Below, piece after piece: positions 1 to 9,100 of a DNA stretch of 64,000 nucleotides. The position numbers were made by a program, and so were the translations under genes. The first letter of the stretch is position 1. Every line of letters begins with the position of its first letter. A model generated the notes under the pieces. That model was not told the origin of the DNA, made no database searches, and worked only from the letters and a program-made list of their open reading frames with translations. The stretch is from the NCBI GenBank assembly GCA_963422375.2, contig OY729428.2:1024001-1088000 (forward strand), in the 5' to 3' direction. The DNA is from Bryobacterales bacterium (GTDB lineage: Bacteria; Acidobacteriota; Terriglobia; Bryobacterales; UBA6623).

Positions 1-438
1 GGCCGCCTGCTCCAAGGCGTCATCCCAGGCAACCGGCTCAAATTCGCCGCGCCCTCGCTCGCCGACGCGCCTGAGGGGCCCGTGCAGCCTGTCGGGGTTG
101 TACAGGGCCTGCAGGGAAGCGTGACCTCGCGCACAGAGGCCTCCGCCGCTGACCGGATCCGACCGATGTCCTTCGAGCTTCTTGACCGCGGCGACGCGCT
201 GGCGGAGCCGCTCCCCGTCGATCACGATCTCGCGCTCGGCGGACATTACCCTAGCGACCGTTCCGCAACCGGCGCCGCACTCCCCGCAAACGCTGGGATG
301 CCAGCGCTCCATGCCGGGCTCGATCTCGTCATCGCTGACCAGCAGGGGAATGACCTGCTCGGCCTTGTCGCCGCAGGCTCCCGCGATCGCGCCGCCCGAG
401 GCGGTTCCGACCAGCTTGAAGAAGTTGCGCCGGTCCAT
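1..438 (-). CDS. Molybdopterin oxidoreductase family subunit (QrcB/ActB-like), N-terminal part; truncated by window edge
   Basis: Manual translation from ATG 438: MDRRNFFKLVGTASGGAIAGAC (Tat + lipobox), then CGECGAGC...GGGLCARG (4Fe-4S motif) and LYNPDRLHGPLRRVGERGRGEFEPVAWDDAL. Not in the ORF track. Confidence 0.9.
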   Translation of the reverse strand, partial: MDRRNFFKLVGTASGGAIAGACGDKAEQVIPLLVSDDEIEPGMERWHPSVCGECGAGCGTVARVMSAEREIVIDGERLRQRVAAVKKLEGHRSDPVSGGGLCARGHASLQALYNPDRLHGPLRRVGERGRGEFEPVAWDDALEQAA

Positions 439-554
439 CCTATTCGCGTTCCAGCCGCGCGGCGCCAGCATCCGAGCGCCGCGACCACGGGCGGGTCTGT
501 CGCGTTGCACCGGCGCCGCGGGCGCCCTCTCGTGCGCGATTCCTCATAAGCAGG

Positions 555-1016
555 CTAGAAATGGCATGCTAGGCAATCGTCGTCCGCCCGGTTCTCGCGA
601 TGGCAGGAAACGCACGTGCCCATCGTGTGGCTGACTGCCCGTTCCGCCACCGTCATTGACGCCACGTCGCCGTGGCAGGTCGAGCACTCTACCCCGGCGC
701 GGGCATGCGGGGCATGGCGGAATTGGACGGCCGCTGCCGGCTCGAATCCGTAGACCCTCGACCACGGCACCTCGCGCTTCCTGTCCCAGTACGCGGTCAG
801 TCGAACGACCGCGGGCAGATCCGTAGCGATGAACTGGTGGCAGAGCATGCACTTGCGGATCGAAGGGATCCCGGCCGCGTCCCTTGCCACGGCTCCCGTG
901 TGGCAGTCGACGCACTGCATGCCTGCCTTCTCGACGTGCGCCTTGTGAGAGAACGCGATCGGTTGCTCGGCGGCCGGCGCGGGGAGGAACGCTAGCAGGA
1001 GCGGGACGAATCGCAT
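555..1016 (-). CDS. Pentaheme cytochrome c3-family protein (QrcA/ActA-like)
   Basis: C-terminal part of ORF 555..2330 from MRFVPLLL (signal peptide); EQPIAFSH motif; five CxxCH (CVDCH, CMLCH, CSTCH, CVSCH, CLACH); directly upstream of the molybdopterin subunit. Confidence 0.9.
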   Translation of the reverse strand: MRFVPLLLAFLPAPAAEQPIAFSHKAHVEKAGMQCVDCHTGAVARDAAGIPSIRKCMLCHQFIATDLPAVVRLTAYWDRKREVPWSRVYGFEPAAAVQFRHAPHARAGVECSTCHGDVASMTVAERAVSHTMGTCVSCHRENRADDDCLACHF

Positions 1017-1105
1017 CGGCCGCGGAATCCACCGGTCCGCGCGAAGAAACCCAGCATACACCAGCACCTCTAGCCGACGGCCGGCAGCGGGTTCGACGGC
1101 GCCGG

Positions 1106-2626
1106 TCAGGCGACCTTCAGCGCGTCCATGGCCCGCGCCGCGACCTCCGAGTCCGGGTCGCCCGTGCCGTGCAGGTAGTACGAGGCCGCGGCCAGCAGGT
1201 GAGGCCGCCAGGAGGGGCTCGCCAGGGCCAGGTCCTCGAAGGCGGCCGCCGCGAACTTGAATCGGTGCGAGTCGTCCGCCTTGCGGAAAACGAGGCTCCG
1301 CGCGGCGCGGAAGAACGGAGTCAGGTCGGCATGCGCGGACGCGTACCCGTGGGCCTTGCGGGCGGCCCTGTCGGCGTCCTCCCTCCGCAAGTCGAGCACT
1401 TGCCTCGCCGCGGCCTCCGCTCCGCCGGCCGCGTCCGCGCCCTCGAAGGCGGCGATCCTGACGTCCCTCATCCGGTCCTCCCCGGCCATGAAGCGGGTGA
1501 ATTGCCCCATCCAGCCGACGCCCTGCAAGAGGAGATACAGGCGCGTCTCCGGGTCGCTTGCCACGCGGAAGGCGTAGTGCAGAGCGTTCGCGGAGGTCAC
1601 GCAATGGACCCCGAGAATGCCGGGAAGCCGCATCATCAGCTCGCCCGCAGCGAGGTGAATCCCCTGCCACGCGTCGCCCGCACCCGCGCTGCCGTCGGTC
1701 AGCATCCTCGCGACTGCAGCACTCGCCGGCACGGGTCGGCCCTCCCGTATAGCGGAGACGATCTCGCCGGTCGCGGACGGGTCGGGCGACCCCGCCGAGA
1801 TCCAACCGGCCGGCAGGCCGCGCAAGGCCTTGCGCGCCGTCTCGGCGTTGGCGGCGTGGCATTGGTCCTCGAATCCGTAGCCATTCATGCGGCGCTCGGT
1901 CCCGAAGTCGAGCAGTCCCAGCGTCAGCGATCGCAGGGCGGCCTCGGCATGCCGCCAGCCGATCACCTGGAGGGTACGCCAGGTGTTCGCCGTGAAGATG
2001 GCCTTGTGCCCGATGTTGCGGTAGTCCCTCGCTCCGTAGCGCCACAGGCCCTCGACCACCTCGTGCGCGCCCCTGGTGCGGGCCAGGGCGGCGATCGCGC
2101 GATCCGCGCGATCCTCGTCCCAGGAATCCATCGCAGCGCGGAATTCGTCCCACGCCTGGCCCGCCGACGGCAGCGGCCCCTTGACGGGTCGCAGGCGGAA
2201 ATCGCCTTCCTCGACGTCGCGCTCCTGCGACTGCTTGAAGTAGTCGGCGGCCCACATCAACGGCAGCAGCCGCTCCCTGTACGGAGCGTCCAAGCCCAGC
2301 TGATGCGCCGAGTGCAGCACGAACACGCAATGGAACTTGAACCCGGGAGGCTGCGGGCTGACGTTGCGGATACCGGCCAGAAACAGGGACGCAAGGAATG
2401 CGCGGTAGGAGAGGCCTCCATTCAGTCGGTCGGCAAGCGTTTCAAGCAACCGGCCCCGCGGTGTTTCCTCGATCAGGCGCACCAGCGGCTCGATCTCCGG
2501 CCCGAAGCGCACCATGTCCGATGCGACGCTGCTCTCGGAGGCCTCGAGCCGACCGGCACCGACGAGGGCTTCCCCGGCAATCGCGCCCGCACCGGCAATG
2601 CCCTTGATCGCTTCCCTGCGCAGCAT
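1106..2626 (-). CDS. Conserved hypothetical, probably Tat-exported helical protein with repeated His motifs
   Basis: ORF 1106..2713; likely start MLRREAIKG at 2626 with GGAGG upstream; motifs GFKFHCVFVLHSAH, GHKAIF, GVHCVTSANALH, DSHRFKF. Confidence 0.75.
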   Translation of the reverse strand: MLRREAIKGIAGAGAIAGEALVGAGRLEASESSVASDMVRFGPEIEPLVRLIEETPRGRLLETLADRLNGGLSYRAFLASLFLAGIRNVSPQPPGFKFHCVFVLHSAHQLGLDAPYRERLLPLMWAADYFKQSQERDVEEGDFRLRPVKGPLPSAGQAWDEFRAAMDSWDEDRADRAIAALARTRGAHEVVEGLWRYGARDYRNIGHKAIFTANTWRTLQVIGWRHAEAALRSLTLGLLDFGTERRMNGYGFEDQCHAANAETARKALRGLPAGWISAGSPDPSATGEIVSAIREGRPVPASAAVARMLTDGSAGAGDAWQGIHLAAGELMMRLPGILGVHCVTSANALHYAFRVASDPETRLYLLLQGVGWMGQFTRFMAGEDRMRDVRIAAFEGADAAGGAEAAARQVLDLRREDADRAARKAHGYASAHADLTPFFRAARSLVFRKADDSHRFKFAAAAFEDLALASPSWRPHLLAAASYYLHGTGDPDSEVAARAMDALKVA

Positions 2627-3057
2627 CGAGTACGCCTCCAAGACCCGCCAGAGCTTATCAAACCACTCGGACAAGCCGAATTCAAAGTGGAGCAGCAGAA
2701 ATCGCCACCGCAACGGCCGAGACCGGGGATTAGGCGACAGGACTACGCCGGCGCGGCCCCGGACCGTCGCATCGAATCATCCCCACCGCTTGTGCACGGT
2801 CGACGTTGAGACCTACCAGTGGGCGGACGGCGCCGGCGTACCCCTGCGGCTCGCGGAACGATTCCGGGCAGGATGCCACCGGTCCCGCGGTCGAGCCGGG
2901 AATGGCGAACCGCGCCGGGAATGCGCAACGCAACAGGATGGGGCGCCCTGCGGCTGAGTTGGCCGGCGCCGGCACTTCCACGGTACTCGCGTGGCCAGCA
3001 CCCTGGCCGGGCCAAGGCCTAGAGGGACCATCCGCACCCGAGGCTCGGAAGGCTACA

Positions 3058-4620
3058 ATGCGTCCGGTGCTCAAGCGCAAGCTTCCGATCGGCATCCAGA
3101 CCTTTCGAGAGATACGCGAGGAGGGGTATTACTATGTCGACAAGACCGCCTACGCACGACTCCTCGCCGACGATGCGGGCAAGCACTACTTCCTCTCGCG
3201 CCCGCGACGATTCGGCAAGAGCCTGTTCCTAGACACGTTGAAGGAACTGTTCGAAGGTGCCGAGCCGCTCTTCCGCGGACTGGCCGTCCACGACGGCTGG
3301 AACTGGTCGAAGTGCCGTCCCGTCGTGCGGCTGAGCTTCGCCAGCGGGAACTTCAAGAAGCCCGGCTTTCTGGAGGAATCTGCGACAGCGCAGATCGAGG
3401 ACATCGCCCTGCGGACTGGCGTCGGAGCGGCCGGTGGAACGAGCTCTGCGGTGCGCCTGCGACGGCTGATCGAAGCATTGAGCGTGCATTCGGGCGAACG
3501 GGTAACGGTACTGGTGGACGAGTACGACAAGCCGGTTCTAGACGCTCTGGACGAGCCGAGGACCGCCCGCACCAACCGCGACGACCTGAGAGGACTGTAC
3601 TCGACAATCAAGGACTGCGACTCTTGGATCGAATTCTCATTCATTACCGGCGTCAGCAAGTTCTCCAAGGTGAGCCTGTTTTCCGGACTGAACATTCTTA
3701 CCGATATCACTTTGGATCCCGTCTACTCGGCCATCTGCGGTTACACGGACGCGGACTTGGACGCCGTCTTCGGGCCGGAACTGCAGGGTCTCGACCGATC
3801 CGCAATCCGCGAGTGGTACAACGGCTACGCTTGGCTGGGACCGGAGCGGGTATACAATCCCTTCGGCCTCCTCAAGCTGTTTCGCAGCCGCCGGTTCCGT
3901 GCCCACTGGTTCGAGACGGCGACGCCGACGTTCCTAGTCGACACTCTGCTGGAGCGCGGCGTGGACGCCGCAGCCCTCGACGGCCTGCACTGCGACGAGG
4001 ATCTGCTGTCGGCATTCGACGTGGACTCCATGTCGACCGAAGCACTGCTGTTCCAAACCGGCTACCTCACAATCACGGGCGCGGAGGACCTCGACGAAGA
4101 CCCGCAGTATCGACTGGGATATCCGAATCGGGAGGTGCGACAGAGCCTGAACCGGAGCCTGCTGACCGCGCTGGCCCCGAGCTGGCGGCAGGGCCTAGGG
4201 AACGGAGCATCGCTGCGGCGGCTACTTGCCGCAGGAGACCTTCCGGGCACGGAGACGCTGTTCCGTGCGCTGTTCGCCGGCATTCCCTACGAATGGCACC
4301 TGCGGAACGATATCGCCCGCTACGAGGGCTACTGGGCGAGCGTGTTCTACGCCTATGTTGCGGCTGCTGGGCTGGACGTAGTGGTCGAGGATAGCGGAAG
4401 CCGGGGTCGGCTGGACATGGTAGTGCGGCTCGGCGAAAGGGTCTACCTTTTCGAATTCAAGGTAGTCGAGCGAGCATCCCCGGGCGCGGCGCTGGCACAG
4501 CTTCGGGCGCGACGATACGCCGAGAAGTATCGAGGGGGAGGCCGGGCAGTCGTCTTGATCGGTGTGGAGTTCAGCAGCGGGGCACGCAACATCGTGGCTT
4601 TCGATGTAGCGAACGGCTGA
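3058..4620 (+). CDS. AAA-ATPase-like protein with C-terminal PD-(D/E)XK nuclease domain
   Basis: KLPIGIQTF...YYVDKT, Walker A SRPRRFGKS, Walker B VLVDEYDKP, C-terminal GRLDMV...YLFEFK...ALAQL..RRY. Start ATG 3058 or GTG 3067. Confidence 0.92.
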   Translation: MRPVLKRKLPIGIQTFREIREEGYYYVDKTAYARLLADDAGKHYFLSRPRRFGKSLFLDTLKELFEGAEPLFRGLAVHDGWNWSKCRPVVRLSFASGNFKKPGFLEESATAQIEDIALRTGVGAAGGTSSAVRLRRLIEALSVHSGERVTVLVDEYDKPVLDALDEPRTARTNRDDLRGLYSTIKDCDSWIEFSFITGVSKFSKVSLFSGLNILTDITLDPVYSAICGYTDADLDAVFGPELQGLDRSAIREWYNGYAWLGPERVYNPFGLLKLFRSRRFRAHWFETATPTFLVDTLLERGVDAAALDGLHCDEDLLSAFDVDSMSTEALLFQTGYLTITGAEDLDEDPQYRLGYPNREVRQSLNRSLLTALAPSWRQGLGNGASLRRLLAAGDLPGTETLFRALFAGIPYEWHLRNDIARYEGYWASVFYAYVAAAGLDVVVEDSGSRGRLDMVVRLGERVYLFEFKVVERASPGAALAQLRARRYAEKYRGGGRAVVLIGVEFSSGARNIVAFDVANG

Positions 4621-4676
4621 GCCCACTTCCCGACGACAGAGCAGTCCACCCAAGGTAGCCAACCTACGCTGCCGTG

Positions 4677-5520
4677 TCAGGCGAGTGAAAGAGCTCGTAA
4701 AGGGCACCACGCCCGGGGCGGGTCGACGGGATCTGGCGAACTCCGGGCTGGACCTCGGACCCGCCAACATATGCGTTGGACTAGGGCGCATGCCCGACCT
4801 ATTCCGGCCGTTCCGGGCGGCGTTGCGGGAGCGCCAGCGACTGGCCGCGGTGCTACACGGGGACGAGACCACGTGGATGCTCCGCGCCCCGGCCGACGAC
4901 GGTGACAGCGCACGCGCGCGGGGCAGGTCAAACTGGCCCGGCGCTGGGCGCACGCCCGCAGCGATGTCGTGAACTCCGCCAAGGAGTCTCCGCTCCCGAG
5001 AGACTGGGCGGGGACTTGGCTGGACTCCACCGGGGAGCTGTACGGGCTGAATGCGCAGTGCCTGTAAGCATGGACATGGCCCAGCCGCTGGAGCGCCAAG
5101 GGGACCCGTTCCAGCAGGTGCAGGACCAGTTCCAGAGCGAGGTGACGGCGTTCTTCCAAGCGGCGGAACGGGAGTTGCAGGCGCTGGAGCATAGCGGCCT
5201 GCCGGCGGAGCCTGGGCGCGGCCCGCTGCGGTCGCTGGTGCATCGCCGGCAGCGTCTGGAGCTGTGCCTGAACAAACCCCCGGTGCCGATTGACTATGAC
5301 GCCGCCGAGCGGGCGCTGCGCCCGGCCGTGATCTGGCGCCTGCTGACCTACGGCACGCGATCCGAGCGCGGCGCGGAAATGGCCGGGCTGATGCTGTCGA
5401 TTTACGAGACGTTGCGCTTAGCGAATCAGGACCCCCTCGAATAGACTCGGTCCTACCTGCAGGCCTGCGTCTCCAGCGGGGGCACGGCACCGACCGACCT
5501 GCGGCCCTGGCTGCCCCAGA
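4677..5520 (+). pseudogene. IS66-family transposase (TnpC) relic
   Basis: Fragments in different frames: LHGDETTW; VPIDYDAAERALRPAVIWR..TYGTRSERGA; stop-interrupted C-terminus *TRSYLQACVSSGGTAPTDLRPWLP. Confidence 0.8.
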
Positions 5521-5659
5521 ACCCGGTTCCGCTGCCGCCGACCGCCCGGCCGAAGTTGCTGCGGACGGGATTTCCAGCCAACCGATACTGGACGGATCCG
5601 CGCCCTAGGCGGGCAGGGCGACCCGCCGCTGGGCAGCGCGGCGCTCTTGCGGGCCGTCT

Positions 5660-6095
5660 GCGAGCATCAACCGCTCCCGCTACCTGATCCTAGCGTTGAC
5701 GCACATGGCCCACCCCGCCTTGCTCGCGCTCGCGTTCGTCGCCCGGCACCTGCCCGAGGACTGGTTCAATCTCGACATCTTGCACCCCATGCTCCTGGAG
5801 GACTTCTGCGAGACCGGCCGCGTCCGCGGCATCAGCTGCCACGCCGCCAACTGGATCCACGTCGGCCGTACCTACACAGTGCGCCGAAGTGACTCCGGAC
5901 TTCTGTCCTCCAGACAGGCACCTGCAATGGAGAACCACAAGATGTAGATCAGATGATGCGAACCCTCGGAGAAGAATCTTGACGCATTGTGTAACGCGAC
6001 GGCAAGCTCAACACCCGCGGCCAACACGCGCTTCCCATCAAGGACTTCCTCCTCAAGCGCCTGCATCCCGACTGGTGCGCGATCCTCAACCGCTG
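5660..6095 (+). pseudogene. DUF4338 (Druantia DruA-like) C-terminal fragment interrupted by a MITE
   Basis: INRSRYLIL...VARHLPEDW...LLEDFCET...AANWIHVGRT, resuming after the insertion as *RDGKLNTRGQHALPIKDFLLKRLHPDWCAILNR. Confidence 0.75.
5873..5993. mobile_element. MITE with ~16-bp terminal inverted repeats and TA target duplication (IS630/mariner-like)
   Basis: Left end TACACAGTGCGCCGAAG (5873-5889); right end CTTGACGCATTGTGTA (5978-5993, reverse complement TACACAATGCGTCAAG). Removal leaving one TA restores the DUF4338 reading frame. Confidence 0.75.
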
Positions 6096-6610
6096 CCCCC
6101 TCATGCCTTCCGGACTCACGCCGATAGACGTTGATGGACGACTCATGGAATCTGCCGCGTCGGTATCGAGGAACCATCTTGCGCCATGTCTGCGGACCAG
6201 CATTGAACGTTCGTAAGCGAATCGTGCGATGACTAGGTCTTCGGCAGATCATCGCACCTCGGCATCGGAGTCGGCGCGCCCCCCTGCCTACTTCCGCGGG
6301 ATCGTGTGCCCGGACGCGAGCAAGCCCGAAGAGGAGAGTCCTGCTTATGGGGAATGACGCAAGAGTCGAATCTGTTAGAACGGTCAAGATCCGCGAAGTG
6401 TGGGGAACCGAAGACAGGGACTTCACTCCTTGGCTCGCATCCAACATCAGCGAACTCGAGGCCGTGCTGGGAATCGGGCTGGCCAACCCTAGACGTGAGG
6501 AATCGGTCGGCGACTTCAGCATCGACATCGTCGCGGAATCCAGCTTCGGCGACGTCGTCATTGAGAATCAGTATGGTCGCAGCAACCACCGCCATCTCGG
6601 GCAGTTGGTT

Positions 6611-7930
6611 AGGACTTTGATCGATATTAAGTTTCCAACTTCATCGTGGATGTAGTTCGTAGTTCCAATCACCGTGGAACTCGTTCCGATGGAGCGACAG
6701 GGCGTCCATCTCCGCCTTCGTTACTGCCTCACCGGTCGGGTACTTTCTATTGTCAAGTTTGGCTTTGACCCGAAGGCCGGCGGCTGTGCGCGTACCGCCG
6801 ATCAAGTCGACAACGGTCTCAAATGTACGCAGTGGCTTGCCTCGCCAATTCTGCGTGACGTGGCAGAACAGGCGGCGCTCAATCTTATGCCATGGACTGG
6901 TCCCCGGCGGGAAGCGGCTGACGTGGATGCGAAGACATGTCCGGTCAGCGAACTTCTGCAGTCGATGCTTCCAGGCGCGAGAGCGATACCCGTTGCTACC
7001 GCCCGCATCGGCAGCGATGAACAGCTCGCCAGCCTCGGGGTAGCGGCGCTTCCCCGTCTCGTTCCACCACCGTCGCAGCGAGGCCGCGGCAAACGCGGGC
7101 GTGCCGTGATCACGTCCGACATGCACCCAGGCTTCGTTGCGCCCCATGTCGTGGATGCCATACGGCATCGCTTTGCCGGACGAGTCCTTGGGAAAATCAT
7201 GCACCAGTGATTTCCCGGGGCTCCCCTTCGGTTGCCATGCCCGCCCGCCGTTCTTGAATTCACCCGCCAGTTCCTTCTTCTCGGTGTCGACCGAGACCAC
7301 TGGCTGACAACGTTGCGGGAAATCATCCGCCTTCGTATGGATGTGCTCGAACTGCGCGTCCCGGTCGGGGCGGGTTGTCCCTTCGAGACTCTTGCGCACC
7401 GATTGCAGGCTGCAGCCAAGCTCGTGCAGTAAACGGCTCGCCGTCGTCGAACTCACCTGCCAACCCGCCTGCGACAACGCCGCCTGCGACAACGCCGCGG
7501 TGAGCTTCGCCCGACTCTTGCATGTCCAGCGCAACGGCGACTCCGGGTCACCGCGCGTCAACGGGTCAACCAGCTTCTCCAGCGCTTGCTCGATGCCCGG
7601 CCGCGACTGCTCGATGCCGGGCCGCCCGGCGCCCGGGCGGCGTATCCGACCGCGTTCAACACTGCCGGATTCCAGCTCTCGACGCCCCGCGCGGATGGCG
7701 CGGATGGTCGGGCGCGACAACCCAGTCGCGTCCGATACCAGCGCATCTCCCCCATACCCGATGGCACGCGACTCCGTCGCCGCCCATAGCCGACGCCCGC
7801 GCTCGTCGAGAAACGCTTCCACCGCCGCGTACTGCTCAACAATTGTCGCTTCGAGTTCAAGATTGCGTCTCATCGGATGATGAGAACACAAAACTCAGAA
7901 CATGGAAATCTAATTTCCGACAACGCCCTT
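6611..7930 (-). mobile_element. ISAzo13-family insertion sequence
   Basis: Imperfect 26-bp inverted ends (AGGACTTTGATCGATATTAAGTTTCC vs AGGGCGTTGTCGGAAATTAGATTTCC, 18/26) flanking a transposase ORF; interrupts a gene in frame. Confidence 0.85.
6641..7891 (-). CDS. ISAzo13-family (Rhodopirellula-type) DDE transposase, possibly degenerate
   Basis: LDERGRRLWAA, TRGDPESPLRWTCKS, PDRDAQFEHI, SVDTEKKEL, ADAGGSNG, PPGTSPWHKIERRLF, FHGDWNY. Confidence 0.9.
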   Translation of the reverse strand: MCSHHPMRRNLELEATIVEQYAAVEAFLDERGRRLWAATESRAIGYGGDALVSDATGLSRPTIRAIRAGRRELESGSVERGRIRRPGAGRPGIEQSRPGIEQALEKLVDPLTRGDPESPLRWTCKSRAKLTAALSQAALSQAGWQVSSTTASRLLHELGCSLQSVRKSLEGTTRPDRDAQFEHIHTKADDFPQRCQPVVSVDTEKKELAGEFKNGGRAWQPKGSPGKSLVHDFPKDSSGKAMPYGIHDMGRNEAWVHVGRDHGTPAFAAASLRRWWNETGKRRYPEAGELFIAADAGGSNGYRSRAWKHRLQKFADRTCLRIHVSRFPPGTSPWHKIERRLFCHVTQNWRGKPLRTFETVVDLIGGTRTAAGLRVKAKLDNRKYPTGEAVTKAEMDALSLHRNEFHGDWNYELHPR

Positions 7931-9100
7931 GCCTACTTGTCGCTCCGCGAAGCGCAGCAGGCGATCTGGATCTTAGAAGAAGCGCGACCTGAGCATGCCA
8001 AGGCCGTGGAGATGCTGAACGAGCGTGGCGTCGGTCGGATTTGGCTGATCAAGGCGCAGGTCATCAGGATCGGCAACTCCGCTCCGGCACCGCTGTTCAC
8101 CGTCATCGTCAAGCCGTCCGAAATGGATGAACATGAAGACAAGGAGACAACCGCGTCCGGGGTCTCGCCGACTCAGGCCAGAAAGCGAGAATTCCTGTAC
8201 GAACTCTTCAAACAGGCGCGGACGGAGGGAATCGATTCGCCGTTCAAGGATCGAGCGCCAAGCATTCACGGATCTGTTCGCACTCATGCAAAGGGTCCGG
8301 GGCTTGTCTACATAGTGGCCGTGAACAAGGACCGGTCGCGGGCCCTCGTATCCAACATGCTTGGTAAGTGGACCAGTGCGCTAGCTGCCCTAGCTGACGA
8401 GCGAACCGACATCGACGCTGCTATTACCTCGGCGGGCCTAAGTGGCACGCTGGTATGGCCCGACCGTGTGGGAGAAGACTATGAAGGCGATTGGACAATT
8501 GCTTACCACGTAGACGCCGGCTGGGATTCGATCAAGCTTGGCGTCACGCCCGGGGCGGACTTGAGGAAGAGAATGCGAGAGATCAACCTTGCCGCGGCCG
8601 CGATGAAGACCGCGCTTCAGCCACACATCGACCAACTCGATCCAAGTCTTGAAGAGGATTCCGCAGTGTCGTCTTAGCCAGTCCCCCGGTAACGGCCGCA
8701 TCCTAGGTTGCAACCCCGACAAAACGGATCACAACACCTAGACCTCGTCGGGGTTGCGCTGCGGCTTCAGGACGAATCCGTCCAGCGCAATCTCGCGTCT
8801 CGCGTCAACCCCGTGACTGGCCGGATCCCCGATCCTGACGCAGAGGAAGTGCTCACTCCGGTTCCGCCTCGCTCGGCCGGCCGGACATCCATTGTGGATA
8901 GTCGGCAACGCCTTCAAGTAGTACGCTCCGCAAACGTCGCACGCCCCAAGCAGAATTCGCAGCGGGGCGGAGAACGAATCCGTATCGCCGAAGGCAGAAT
9001 CGCGATCGAGGGCGGCCATTCGTCCGATTCCGGGGCCTTCCGGACGGGAGGGCTGGCCCGGAGGCTCTGATACAGTGGCCTCCAACTGTCGCAGCGCAAC

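Larger units (their letters stand above)
6347..8677 (+). pseudogene. NucS-like / DUF4268-type endonuclease gene split by ISAzo13 insertion (6347..6610 + 7931..8677)
   Basis: N-part REVWGTEDRDFTPWL...EESVGDFSIDIVAE...VVIENQYGRSNHRHLGQLV joins in frame to AYLSLREAQQAIWILEEARPEHAKAVEMLNE, giving 336 aa. Confidence 0.8.

Noticed and set aside
884..2809. Long antisense or alternate-frame ORFs (also 17588..19555, 17590..19629, 41664..43742, 45064..46998 and others)
   Set aside because: They overlap well-supported genes, are Arg/Pro/Gly-rich and lack motifs; typical shadow ORFs in high-GC DNA.
5660..6095. Functional Druantia anti-phage system
   Set aside because: Only broken DUF4338 fragments; no DruE helicase or other dru genes.
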